This document shows, in pieces, positions 1 to 10,058 of a DNA stretch of 64,000 nt. Under the pieces are notes generated by a model, which saw nothing but the letters and a program-made list of their open reading frames with translations, was not told the origin of the DNA and ran no database searches. How positions within the stretch are numbered: position 1 is the stretch's first letter; each line of letters starts with the position of its first letter. The position numbers and the translations under genes were made by a program. Origin of the DNA: Candidatus Uhrbacteria bacterium CG10_big_fil_rev_8_21_14_0_10_50_16. GTDB taxonomy: Bacteria > Patescibacteriota > Patescibacteriia > UBA9934 > UBA11717. Location: assembly GCA_002774875.1 (NCBI GenBank), contig PCYM01000001.1:1096-65095 (forward strand). The letters are read 5' to 3'.

Positions 1-160
1 TTAGTGATCTATATAAATTTTTGCCCCTACATTATTCTTTCTTTGTTCCTGACTCAAATTACATATAACTGGTTATTATCTGAACTAACTGTGAATAAGT
101 GTATCGAATGCGTTGGATATGCGCAATTGACATTTTTTCATTTTCTGCCATACTCGCCCC

Positions 161-1285
161 ATGTTTACACGCATCAAACAATCCACTATCTCCAAGGCGC
201 GACGCGGGGAACTCGCGACCACACACGGCACTCTACAGACGCCGTTTTTTATGACGATAGCCACCAAGGGTGCGGTGCGTGCCATGAACGTGCGAGATCT
301 CAAACGCATTCATGTTCCCATAGTTCTTGCAAACACGTATCACTTGCTTGTGCGACCAGGTATGGACGCCTTGCGCGAACGTGGAGGATTGCACAAATGG
401 ATGCACTGGGACGGTCCCATGCTCACTGACAGTGGTGGGTACCAAGTGTTTAGTTTGGGACATCGACGCAAGGTGACAGAGGAAGGTGTGACGTTTCGAT
501 CACACATTGATGGAAGTAAAATCTCCCTCACACCCGAGGAGTCGATTGCCATGCAGCAAGCGATTGGATCGGATATGATCATGCAGCTTGATGTTGTTGA
601 ACCACCGACGGTGAGCGATAAACGTCGTGCCTATGCCATGGAGCGATCCATTCGATGGGCCAAGCGTTGCAAGGACTATTTATATGCACATCGGGATCAA
701 TCCGTTACAGCGGATCAAAAACTCTTTGGAATTGTGCAAGGTGGCGTAGATGAAGCGCTGCGCACACGATCCGTTGCGGGTCTCACGGCGTTGGATCTTG
801 ACGGGTACGCCATTGGAGGCCTCTCTGTGGGCGAATCCAAGGAAGACAATTTGCGTATTGCGGCGTTTACGGCAAGCCTCTTACCGCAAGACAAGGTGCG
901 ATATTTTATGGGTGGTGGAATGCCCGAGGAGATTGTTGCCTATGTGCGCATGGGGATCGACATGTTTGATTGCGTGATTCCAACGCGCCACGCACGGCAT
1001 GGGTCACTTTTTGTGTGGAATGGGAATCCGACACCGGAGTTAATCGCGAGCGGAGATTTTTATACAAAAATTAATATCGTGAATGCCGAGTATCGCAACA
1101 GCGATGATCCGATTGATTCATGGAATAATTGCGACGCCTCACAAGCCTACACACGTGGGTATTTGCGACACTTGTTTGGACTCAAAGAGGCACTTGGTAC
1201 GCAATTGGCGACGGAGCATAATGTGCGTTTTTACATGCAATTAATGGAGGTAATCAGACAGGGAATTGAAGAAGGGGTTTTGTAG
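161..1285 (+). CDS. tgt: queuine tRNA-ribosyltransferase
   Basis: The N-terminal region (RARRGEL...HG...TP.FM..T...V) and overall length match Tgt. The ATG at 161 is assumed as the start. Confidence 0.8.
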   Translation: MFTRIKQSTISKARRGELATTHGTLQTPFFMTIATKGAVRAMNVRDLKRIHVPIVLANTYHLLVRPGMDALRERGGLHKWMHWDGPMLTDSGGYQVFSLGHRRKVTEEGVTFRSHIDGSKISLTPEESIAMQQAIGSDMIMQLDVVEPPTVSDKRRAYAMERSIRWAKRCKDYLYAHRDQSVTADQKLFGIVQGGVDEALRTRSVAGLTALDLDGYAIGGLSVGESKEDNLRIAAFTASLLPQDKVRYFMGGGMPEEIVAYVRMGIDMFDCVIPTRHARHGSLFVWNGNPTPELIASGDFYTKINIVNAEYRNSDDPIDSWNNCDASQAYTRGYLRHLFGLKEALGTQLATEHNVRFYMQLMEVIRQGIEEGVL

Positions 1286-1357
1286 GGTGTTTCTGTGGAA
1301 AACTCTTTTTCTTTACAGGGTTGTTTTTGCTATACTGTCGGCATACTTAATCTCTCT

Positions 1358-4300
1358 ATGTTCATCATTCGATCGTTCCCGAAGTATTTAGTTGCTTGTC
1401 TCATTTTGTTATTTTTTGGATTGTTTTTTGGGGTCTTAGACGCCTCCGCCGCAAATAGATATTGGGTGGGAGCTTCTACGACTTTCAACACGACGGGCAA
1501 CTGGTCAACATCAAGCGGTGGCGCAAGCGGAGCGTCTGTTCCGGGTTCCAGCGACATTGCAATTTTTGATGGTGGAAGTGCACAGGCGGTGAGCCTGGAT
1601 GCAACAACGTTGAGCGGTTTAGATATTCAAGCCGCGTACGGTGGAACGGTTACGGCTCCTGCTGGAACACTTATCCTTATGGTGAGTTTTAGTGATGCAG
1701 CTGGTGCCTTTGTGCATAACAATGGAACCGTTCAAATTCGGACTGGCAGTGGTGCATATTTTGATTTTAATAGCAACGCAATTCTTTATAATTTAGTGAG
1801 CTTAAATGGCGCCAATTACGGAAATAGAATGAATACGTTTACCGTAAAGGTTACAGGAACATTAACGCACGGCGATGGAAGTAGCTCTGGAGGTATTTGG
1901 CAGACGGGGACATTACGGGTTGAAGGTGATTTTACTGTTGCGAAACTTGCGGATACTTACCAAATCAATAATGGAACGGGACTGATTCAATTTACGGGTT
2001 CTAATAATCAGTCATTTACTACAACAGACACCACGGACACCTTCGGGGCCCCTGTTGAGGTCAATAAAACAAGTGGAACGCTAACGCTGAATAGTGCGTT
2101 TGATTTTACTGGAGCAAGCATGACGTTCACGGTAACAGCGGGTACCGTAGACATGTCTACCTCCTCCATGACGGATGTATATAATCTTTATATTAACGGT
2201 GGAACCTTTATTCATGGATCTGGGACGTTAACAACAAAGGGGACGACGAATGCCCTGCAGGTGAATGGAGGAACGTTTACGGGAGGATCCGGTGATGTTA
2301 ATTTTGCTTCCGGTGGAGAATTGGAAATAGATAGTGGAACCTTTACGGCTCCAACGGGAAATCTAGCTCTCTCTTCAACACTGCACGTTGCGAGTGCAGG
2401 GGCGACGTTTAACCACAACAATGGAACGATTACATCAACGACATCAACTCACTTGAATATTGAGGTAGAAGGAGGGGTCGGAACGATTACAGTCTATAAC
2501 TTAACGCTTAACAAAGCTGGAGGATATAGTTTGAGTGTAAACGGGAGCTCAACGTTGGTCGTGCAAGGAACTCTTACACGAACGGCGGGACGTTTGAGTG
2601 AATCATCTTCGGCAACGTATCCTTTGCAAATAGAAGGAAATTTGGATTTTGATGCTGTTGAAACAAATGGAACCTCGACTCTTCTCGTGACAGGTTCGGG
2701 AACGCAGACACTCGATTTTGCAGATCCTGCTTCTTGGGATACGAATATCTTTGTGAACAAGTCGGGCGGGTCTGTCTCGTTGCTAACGGGGCTCACATTG
2801 AATGCGGCGAGTAACAATAACCTCACCATTCAAGAGGGGCGATTCAATGTGAATGGTCAGACCTTGTCCGTTGGGGGCACGTTGTCCGTGGAGAGTGGTG
2901 GAGACTACGCCATGACGGGAGACGAATCTGCTCCAGCACCCACGCTGGCTTCTGGCAGTATCGTAACCTATGTTGCAACTTCCGGTGCTCGAACGATTAA
3001 GGACTACGATTACAGTGCTTCAACATTGGCGTTTGATGGAGTTGGTGGGGTGTTTATTATGACCGTTGGAGGTGAAACAGTCGCTAATCTTACGATTACA
3101 AATGGATCGTTCTACCTCAATGGAGACAACCTAACGGTCACGGGAACCTTTTCTAACGACGATACCCTTATTTTGAGTGGTGATGAGACAACCGTCTCCT
3201 ATACAAACGATACAGATTCTGGAACGGTTGAATACAAGGGGGCTGTAACGGCTGCAAGCTTAAAAGGAGGGAATTCGTATTATAATCTTGCCTTTGTAAA
3301 TCCGAGTGGTAGTTGGACGGCGGCCGCTCCCGTTGATATTAATGGGTCACTTACGGTTACATCGGGAACCTTTAATACGGGAGGTTATGCAGTTACGTTG
3401 GCGGGTAATTTTACGAACGCGGCAACGTTTACACAATCGAGCGGGACACTCACCTTGGATGGGACAAATCAGACCCTATCTGGCTCCACAACGTTTTATA
3501 ATCTCACAAAGAATGTTAGCTCGGCGGCAACATTGACGTTTACTGCGGGGCAAACGTTTACCGTGTCGAATAACCTTGATCTTCAAGGAGCGTCCGGACA
3601 AGTCTTATCACTTGTTTCGAGTACGCCGACCACGGCCATTAATATGTCTGCGGCCGGCACGGTAACGGCGCAGTATCTCAACGTGTCAGACAATAACAAT
3701 ACAGGCTCCACGATTAATTGTGTGGTGGGTTGTGTGAAGGGAACCGGGAACACAGGATGGATGTTTGCTTCTTCTGCAACACCTTCCTCTGTGACGTATC
3801 AAGACACGGACGTAGACGGGGTTGTGGACCGTGTCATTATTGATTTTGGTTCGGCTGTTTCGATTGTGGGCACACTTTCTAATACACGCTTTACTTGGGT
3901 GAGTTCAACAGGAGCGAATGGTTTTGGTGGATCATTGACAGGAAACGCTTCCGTTGTTAGTGGAGACGTTGTTATTACAATCACAGGTTCAGAAACAGAT
4001 GATACGAGCCACACAACACAACCAACACTTGCTTATAGCGATAACTCAACAGATGGAACGAATTACATTGCGGATGCAAGCGGTGACCTTATTCTCACGT
4101 TTGGTGCGACAAACGCCGCGGACGGCGCATCACCTATTCTTGTATCTTCTAACCCAGCAGACGCAGACACAAGTGTCGCAAACAATGCAACGATCGCGCT
4201 TACGTTTTCTGAACCAATAAATACGGGAACGTTTGCCTATTCGTGTTGTGGAGTAGGAACAGACCCTGGACGTTCCGGAGTGTGGACAGTGTCTAATACG

Positions 4301-5266
4301 GTCTATACCGTTACCCCAACCGCTAATTGGACAGGAGGAAACACAATTACGATCGACATAACGACATCTGCAGACACAACAGGAAACGCGTTTGGCGGAG
4401 CGGGCTCTGGTGCTACGGATCCATTTACCTTTACAGTCGCACGTAACACGGGTGGGACACCAACACCGGGTGCAGGTCCGGATGCCACGGTAACAACGGC
4501 ACAACTGATAGCACCAAATGGAGGAGAGCAACTTGTGGGCGGGCAGATTGTAACTATTTCTTGGTCGGCGTCGGGTGATAAACTCACAACGATTAAACTC
4601 ACCTACACCCTAGACCAGGGTCGAACCTACAAATTAATCGCGGAGAACGAGGAGAACGATGGAGAATATCGTTGGACCGTTCCAAACATTACAGCAGCTG
4701 CCGTATATGCAAGGGTATCAGGAATCACGACAACAGGAGGGGAGTTGGTAAGCGATGGCTCAAACGCAAACTTTTCCGTCATAGCAAGTGCGGATACACC
4801 AATAGAAAATGTGGATGATATTCCAAGTGTACCAGTTGATACGTCGACACCTGTTGCAATTATGCAGCGTATTGATGGAACGTTTGTAGAATTACGTGCA
4901 GGAAACCTATTCCGCGGAGAGACGTTATCTGGTGTGTACTTGGTGCGCAACGGGAAGCGTTACGTGTTCCCATCTGAGTCCGTCTACTTCTCTTATTACG
5001 ACTCATTTAGCAACATTGTGATGGTGAAGGATAGTCAGTTAAAGGCGTTGGATATTGGTGGACGCGTAACCATGGCGCCCGGGCGGATGATCAAAATTCA
5101 ATCGGATAACCATGTGTATCAAGTGCAGGAAGACGGCACGATCCGTCACATCCCAGACGAGGCAACGGCAAGAAGCCTTTACGGGGACACGTGGAACAAA
5201 CAGATTACCGATATAAATGTGACGTTCTGGTTCGATTATCCACGTGGAGATGCACTAACAACATAA
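1358..5266 (+). CDS. large secreted Thr/Gly/Ser/Asn-rich surface protein with parallel beta-helix-like repeats and an N-terminal signal/TM
   Basis: The track ORF is 1295..5266. An internal ATG at 1358 gives MFIIRSFPKYLVACLILLFFGLFFGVLDASA, a signal-peptide-like N-terminus. There are hundreds of residues of GT.T/NGGT-type repeats, a TATACT -10-like hexamer upstream, and a C-terminal globular region. Confidence 0.55.
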   Translation: MFIIRSFPKYLVACLILLFFGLFFGVLDASAANRYWVGASTTFNTTGNWSTSSGGASGASVPGSSDIAIFDGGSAQAVSLDATTLSGLDIQAAYGGTVTAPAGTLILMVSFSDAAGAFVHNNGTVQIRTGSGAYFDFNSNAILYNLVSLNGANYGNRMNTFTVKVTGTLTHGDGSSSGGIWQTGTLRVEGDFTVAKLADTYQINNGTGLIQFTGSNNQSFTTTDTTDTFGAPVEVNKTSGTLTLNSAFDFTGASMTFTVTAGTVDMSTSSMTDVYNLYINGGTFIHGSGTLTTKGTTNALQVNGGTFTGGSGDVNFASGGELEIDSGTFTAPTGNLALSSTLHVASAGATFNHNNGTITSTTSTHLNIEVEGGVGTITVYNLTLNKAGGYSLSVNGSSTLVVQGTLTRTAGRLSESSSATYPLQIEGNLDFDAVETNGTSTLLVTGSGTQTLDFADPASWDTNIFVNKSGGSVSLLTGLTLNAASNNNLTIQEGRFNVNGQTLSVGGTLSVESGGDYAMTGDESAPAPTLASGSIVTYVATSGARTIKDYDYSASTLAFDGVGGVFIMTVGGETVANLTITNGSFYLNGDNLTVTGTFSNDDTLILSGDETTVSYTNDTDSGTVEYKGAVTAASLKGGNSYYNLAFVNPSGSWTAAAPVDINGSLTVTSGTFNTGGYAVTLAGNFTNAATFTQSSGTLTLDGTNQTLSGSTTFYNLTKNVSSAATLTFTAGQTFTVSNNLDLQGASGQVLSLVSSTPTTAINMSAAGTVTAQYLNVSDNNNTGSTINCVVGCVKGTGNTGWMFASSATPSSVTYQDTDVDGVVDRVIIDFGSAVSIVGTLSNTRFTWVSSTGANGFGGSLTGNASVVSGDVVITITGSETDDTSHTTQPTLAYSDNSTDGTNYIADASGDLILTFGATNAADGASPILVSSNPADADTSVANNATIALTFSEPINTGTFAYSCCGVGTDPGRSGVWTVSNTVYTVTPTANWTGGNTITIDITTSADTTGNAFGGAGSGATDPFTFTVARNTGGTPTPGAGPDATVTTAQLIAPNGGEQLVGGQIVTISWSASGDKLTTIKLTYTLDQGRTYKLIAENEENDGEYRWTVPNITAAAVYARVSGITTTGGELVSDGSNANFSVIASADTPIENVDDIPSVPVDTSTPVAIMQRIDGTFVELRAGNLFRGETLSGVYLVRNGKRYVFPSESVYFSYYDSFSNIVMVKDSQLKALDIGGRVTMAPGRMIKIQSDNHVYQVQEDGTIRHIPDEATARSLYGDTWNKQITDINVTFWFDYPRGDALTT

Positions 5267-5291
5267 GACTACCCACACCCCCGTTGCTGCA

Positions 5292-5714
5292 GTGTTCGGG
5301 GGTTTTGGTATACTGTACCTATTGCAAATCAATCGTATGGCGCAGCCACTGGTGGTACAAGCAGCAAAGCTTTTTTTGGTCGACCTCGTGGGCGGCGTTT
5401 TAGGGTTTCCGGTTTGGTGGTATTCCAAAGGGGTTGTGCGCTGGTCGCGTTTTATGTGGGATTGGTATGAGACCTATCGTGCAACATTGGCCGTGGATGT
5501 GTGGGTGAAGAACTGGTTTGTTCCCATGTACGGGTCTTATGATATCCCCGGTCGTTTGATTAGTTTTTTTATGCGTACCGTGATGATTGTTTTGCGCTCC
5601 CTGCTACTGCTTTTAGTGAGTTGTCTGATGATCATCATATACTGCATCTACTTCATTCTACCTCCGATCGTTGTTGTTGCAATTGTCTATAACGCTTACG
5701 GACTGTTTCTCTAG
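5292..5714 (+). CDS. hypothetical multi-pass membrane protein
   Basis: A 140 aa ORF with several hydrophobic helices, ending 2 nt before the clpC-like start, so probably co-transcribed. Confidence 0.4.
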   Translation: MFGGFGILYLLQINRMAQPLVVQAAKLFLVDLVGGVLGFPVWWYSKGVVRWSRFMWDWYETYRATLAVDVWVKNWFVPMYGSYDIPGRLISFFMRTVMIVLRSLLLLLVSCLMIIIYCIYFILPPIVVVAIVYNAYGLFL

Positions 5715-5716
5715 GT

Positions 5717-8455
5717 ATGGAAGAACAAAAAGATGTACAACCAAATGAGACGGACTTACTGGTAAATCTTCCGTTTATCTCGGCAAGTGAAGACCGCCCG
5801 CATGATTTTGGTGTCCTCGTGGACAATACGTTCTTTGTTTGGAATGATCGATTAGACATTGGCTCCAGAAAACTTCGAAAGGCAAAACGGTCCGTTGATG
5901 CGTTTATTACGTTTATAGCGATTCTTGTGACAGGCATCTGTTTTGCACTCTTTTTGGTATCAACGTTTGTTTTGTTGCCTCCAAGTGTTTGGCAGGCACT
6001 GCCGTTTTGGACGGATCCTTCCTCGGTGCAATTGTTATTGTGGCTGACGGTTGCAGGAGTTATGTATGTGGCTTATCGCCGAGCTCTGGCAAAACGTGAG
6101 CCTCAGGAATCTGGCGCACGTGTTGATGTATCGCTTCACCCACTACAAACCACTTGGGAGGCGGCAAAGGAGATGCAGGATAAACCATGGGTGGATATTG
6201 GATCTCGTTGTACACAAGAGGCATGGAAGGGGTTAGAGGACGCTGCGTTACTGGCAGAGCGTCTTAGCCATCGCTACGTGGGGCTTTTGCATGTGTTTGC
6301 AGGCCAGCTTTCGCAACCAAGCGTTGGTCATTTATTCGCACGTCTTGGAATAAACTTTGATCAAATTAAGGATTCGCTTACCCATAAACTCGCGGAGTAT
6401 CCAAAAGCACAACCTGGCGAGGCAATGGCGGATCGTTTGGATCCCTTGGGTCAGCGTGCCATCTTGGGTGCAGCCGTACACGCGGCGATGCACGGGCGGA
6501 CCGTTATTACTCCGGTGGATGTATTTGTGAGTACCTACCGTAACTCGCCATTTTTGCAGGAGTTATTCTATGGTGTGGATATCAAAGAGGAGGCGATGGA
6601 GAACGTGCTGGCGTGGTTACAAATACGAGAAAATCTTCGTGCGCGGTGGCAGATGTTTAGAAAGGCAAGTTTTCTTAAACCGACGGGGAACATGAACCGA
6701 TCCATGACGGCCGTGGCGACCCCCTTGCTTGATCGTGTCAGTACGGATCTTACGTCGCAGGCGGCGCGAGCGGGGTTACCTATGTTGATCGGTCGTGAGA
6801 CAGAGATGGAGCGTGTGTTACGAGTTTTTGAAAGTGGTGGACGGAGCGTCGTGCTGGTGGGACAACCGGGAATCGGCAAACAAGCAATCATAGACGGAAT
6901 CGCGGAACGGATGGTAAAAGAAGACGTTCCCGATTTACTAAAGGATCGACGGCTCGTAAGTATTGACGTAGGACGGCTTGTGGCGGGTGCCACGCCAGCG
7001 CAGGCGGAGGAGCGTTTATTGTTGGCGTTAAATGAAGTTGGACGTTCCGGAAACATTGCGCTTGCGATTCCCAATATCGACGATTTGGTAGGTATTACGG
7101 CGGGCAGTGCGCAAAGCCTTGATTTGTCCTCGTTGCTCGCACAGGAATTGGAGAAAGGATATTTTGTACTCATTGCCACTACGACACCAGCGGCGTACAG
7201 AGATGCCATTGAAGGTTCTGCCTTGGCCAGTAGCCTTACGAAGGTAGATTTGGACGAGCCAAATAAAAATGAGGCGATTCAGATTATTGAGGCAAAGGTT
7301 GGAAAGCCTGAGGCAGAGCAGGGGGTATTGTTCTCGTATGAGGCGGTTGAGGCGCTTGTGGATCTAACCGCGCGGTATTTGCATGACCAATTCTTGCCGG
7401 ATAAGGCCATACGCCTCATGGAGGAGACAGCCCTCATGGTAAAGCAGAGTCGAGGATTAGGTGCAACGATTACCAAGCAAGATGTTGCCCAAATTGTGTC
7501 GGTAGCTGCCAAGGTTCCATTAACCGCGGTTTCTCAGGATGAAAAAGAAAAACTCCTCGCCCTAGAGGTAAATCTACATACGCGAGTGATTGGTCAATCA
7601 GAGGCAGTGAACATGGTGTCGGCGGCGTTGCGTCGTGCGCGTGCGGAAATGCGCTCTGGCCGACGTCCAATTGCTAACTTCTTGTTTTTGGGTCCAACGG
7701 GAGTCGGTAAAACAGAGCTTTCAAAAGCCATCGCGGCAACCTACTTTGGTAATGAGGAGGCTATGGTGCGTTTGGATATGTCGGAGTATCAGGATTCATC
7801 GAGTATCCACAGACTCATTGGCGTACCAGGTTCGCGACAAGGCGGATTGTTTACCGAGGCGGTGCGCAAGCAACCGTTTGGACTCATTTTGTTAGATGAG
7901 TTGGAAAAGGCGCATCCAGAAATTTTGAATGTTTTTTTGCAGGTATTTGACGATGGACGGCTTACAGATGCAGCGGGCCGAACGGTCGATTTTACGCAAA
8001 CAATTATTGTCGCCACGTCCAATGCGGGGTCTCAGTATATTCAGGAACAGGTTAAACAAGGAACGCCGATGGATCAAATTAAGACGCACCTCATGGAAGA
8101 GGAGTTATCGCAGTATTATCGACCAGAGTTTTTGAACCGGTTTGATGGCGTGGTGGTCTTTACGCCGCTGACCATGGAGGATGTGATGGCTATTGCAGGG
8201 CTTATGCTCGGTGGCGTCCGAAAGCGATTGGATGACAAGGGGATTGTGTTTACGGTGTCTGATGCGGCACTTAAAGAGCTTGCGGTGGCCGGTTATGATC
8301 CGCAGTTTGGGGCACGTCCTCTGCGCCGTGTGATTCAAGAAAAAGTCGAAGACCCACTTGCAACCTTGTTATTGGAAGGGAAGGTAGGGAGACGCGATAC
8401 AGTGGTATTGGATGCAGGTGGGGAAATGCGTGTCGATAAAGCACCGGCGCTATGA
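5717..8455 (+). CDS. ClpC/ClpB-family AAA+ unfoldase with an N-terminal extension of about 150 aa containing two hydrophobic helices
   Basis: Clp_N repeats are present (…AALLAERLSHRYVGLLHVFAG). Two Walker A sites are present (VLVGQPGIGKQ and FLFLGPTGVGKTE), and the Clp signature region follows. The unusual part is the N-terminal TM-like extension. Confidence 0.8.
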   Translation: MEEQKDVQPNETDLLVNLPFISASEDRPHDFGVLVDNTFFVWNDRLDIGSRKLRKAKRSVDAFITFIAILVTGICFALFLVSTFVLLPPSVWQALPFWTDPSSVQLLLWLTVAGVMYVAYRRALAKREPQESGARVDVSLHPLQTTWEAAKEMQDKPWVDIGSRCTQEAWKGLEDAALLAERLSHRYVGLLHVFAGQLSQPSVGHLFARLGINFDQIKDSLTHKLAEYPKAQPGEAMADRLDPLGQRAILGAAVHAAMHGRTVITPVDVFVSTYRNSPFLQELFYGVDIKEEAMENVLAWLQIRENLRARWQMFRKASFLKPTGNMNRSMTAVATPLLDRVSTDLTSQAARAGLPMLIGRETEMERVLRVFESGGRSVVLVGQPGIGKQAIIDGIAERMVKEDVPDLLKDRRLVSIDVGRLVAGATPAQAEERLLLALNEVGRSGNIALAIPNIDDLVGITAGSAQSLDLSSLLAQELEKGYFVLIATTTPAAYRDAIEGSALASSLTKVDLDEPNKNEAIQIIEAKVGKPEAEQGVLFSYEAVEALVDLTARYLHDQFLPDKAIRLMEETALMVKQSRGLGATITKQDVAQIVSVAAKVPLTAVSQDEKEKLLALEVNLHTRVIGQSEAVNMVSAALRRARAEMRSGRRPIANFLFLGPTGVGKTELSKAIAATYFGNEEAMVRLDMSEYQDSSSIHRLIGVPGSRQGGLFTEAVRKQPFGLILLDELEKAHPEILNVFLQVFDDGRLTDAAGRTVDFTQTIIVATSNAGSQYIQEQVKQGTPMDQIKTHLMEEELSQYYRPEFLNRFDGVVVFTPLTMEDVMAIAGLMLGGVRKRLDDKGIVFTVSDAALKELAVAGYDPQFGARPLRRVIQEKVEDPLATLLLEGKVGRRDTVVLDAGGEMRVDKAPAL

Positions 8456-9528
8456 CCTGGCTCGTAGGTGGTGCGAGTTTTCTGCTTGCTGCAAGCTTAG
8501 CACCAATGGTGGGTGCTTTGGCAACGCGATGGGGGATTGTTGATCACGTCAAAGAACGAGGTCGCAAGGTGCACCGTCGTACAACGCCGCTCATGGGGGG
8601 TGTTGCCGTGCTGGTGGCTACGATTATGACCGTTCTGATTGTCCTCATACGTTCAGACCTATTAACGAGCGGCCGTGTGACAACGGCACATTACGTTGGT
8701 CTATTGCTTGCTGGATGCGTGTTGATGATCGGCGGCGTTTTGGATGATAAATATAATCTGTCGCCAAAAATTCAGCTACTGTTTCCGGTTGCGGCGGCGC
8801 TGGTGGCTATTGCAGGCGGACTTGGAATTGAGAAGATCACGAACCCCTTTGGCGGATTTGTCTGGTTTGAGACCGTTACGTGGAATCTGTTTGCGCTTGG
8901 TCCGCACATGGTAGCCGTGAGTTGGCCTGGGGATGTGTTTGTTTTTTTGTGGCTGCTTGGCATGATGTTTACCGTCAAACTACTGGATGGATTGGATGGA
9001 CTTGCAACAAGTATCGGATCGGTAGGTGTGTTGATGGTGCTCTTGCTCGCAGGTACGACGGCGTATTTTCAACCAGACGTCGTGGTGCTGTCGGCGATTA
9101 TTCTTGGTGCATTTTTGGGGTTTCTTGTTTGGAATGTGCATCCTGCGCAACTGTTTCTGGGTGAGGGTGGGGCCTTGCTCGTTGGATTTTTTCTTGGGGC
9201 ACTGGCGATTATCTCGGGTGGGAAGATTGCAACACTCTTGCTGGTCATGGGGATTCCGATACTCGATGTTGCGTGGGTGATGTTTCGTCGTCTTCGCTCG
9301 GGGAAAGACGTGAGTAAAGGGGATCGACTTCATTTGCATCACCGTCTGTACGATTTCGGATTGAGTCAGAGGCAGGTGGTAGGTCTCTACACGCTCCTTG
9401 CTCTGGGATTTGGATCGTTGACACTTGTGTTACCGAGCTTTGCAAAATTGATCGCCCTGGTTTGCCTCATGTTTTTTACATTGATTGGCGCGTACGCGCT
9501 CTTGATTGTTGAGGGGGAAAGACGGTAA
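8452..9528 (+). CDS. glycosyltransferase family 4 phospho-sugar transferase (MraY/WecA-like)
   Basis: The motifs PLMGG, LLDGLDGLATS, FLGEGGALLVGF and HLHHRL are present. The protein is polytopic. Its ATG overlaps the clpC-like stop (ATGA), indicating translational coupling. Confidence 0.7.
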   Translation: MTWLVGGASFLLAASLAPMVGALATRWGIVDHVKERGRKVHRRTTPLMGGVAVLVATIMTVLIVLIRSDLLTSGRVTTAHYVGLLLAGCVLMIGGVLDDKYNLSPKIQLLFPVAAALVAIAGGLGIEKITNPFGGFVWFETVTWNLFALGPHMVAVSWPGDVFVFLWLLGMMFTVKLLDGLDGLATSIGSVGVLMVLLLAGTTAYFQPDVVVLSAIILGAFLGFLVWNVHPAQLFLGEGGALLVGFFLGALAIISGGKIATLLLVMGIPILDVAWVMFRRLRSGKDVSKGDRLHLHHRLYDFGLSQRQVVGLYTLLALGFGSLTLVLPSFAKLIALVCLMFFTLIGAYALLIVEGERR

Positions 9529-9554
9529 GATCGGCTTAATCTATAACTATTTCT

Positions 9555-10019
9555 ATGAACATACATCAACGCATTGGAGGAATCTTTATCGCTTTAACTC
9601 TTTTGGGGGCTGGATGCTCTGGCGCGGATTCATCTGTCGCCGAAGGGAATCGGGCAATCATCCATTTGCCAAACGGAAAAACGATTCAAGTGGAAGTTGC
9701 AAGAACGCCGAGTGAGCAGGCAGAAGGTTTGTCGGAGCGCACATCGCTTAAGGGCGGGATGCTCTTTTGTATGGATATAACAAAGCAACAGAATTTTTGG
9801 ATGCTGGGGATGAAGATGCCGATCGACATGGTGTGGATTCATGGCGGAGAAGTGCGTGGTGTGTCTGCAAACGTACCTGTGCGAGAGAAGGATGACTGGG
9901 CGCGCCGTTCAAGTAATGAACCTGTGAATATGGTCTTGGAATTGCCAGCGGGCGCGGCTGAGGGGTTTGGACTAGAGCCTGGCGTGATGTTGGAGGACAC
10001 GGTGAGCGCGTGTGGATAA
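9555..10019 (+). CDS. DUF192-family secreted lipoprotein
   Basis: The N-terminus is a lipoprotein signal (LTLLGAGCSG). An FWM...MP.DMVWI core resembles DUF192. Confidence 0.5.
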   Translation: MNIHQRIGGIFIALTLLGAGCSGADSSVAEGNRAIIHLPNGKTIQVEVARTPSEQAEGLSERTSLKGGMLFCMDITKQQNFWMLGMKMPIDMVWIHGGEVRGVSANVPVREKDDWARRSSNEPVNMVLELPAGAAEGFGLEPGVMLEDTVSACG

Positions 10020-10058
10020 GAAAATCATTAAACGCGCTATACTAAACAAAACAAAACT

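Noticed and set aside
4130-4531. Cys/Arg-rich 133 aa minus-strand ORF inside the large surface-protein gene
   Set aside because: It is antisense to a long repetitive coding region. Its composition is an artefact of reading ACN/GGN-rich repeats backwards.
6568-7209. 213 aa minus-strand ORF inside the clpC-like gene
   Set aside because: It is fully antisense to a well-supported AAA+ coding region, has low-complexity Ser/Ala/Arg-rich composition, and has no start context. I judge it a shadow ORF.
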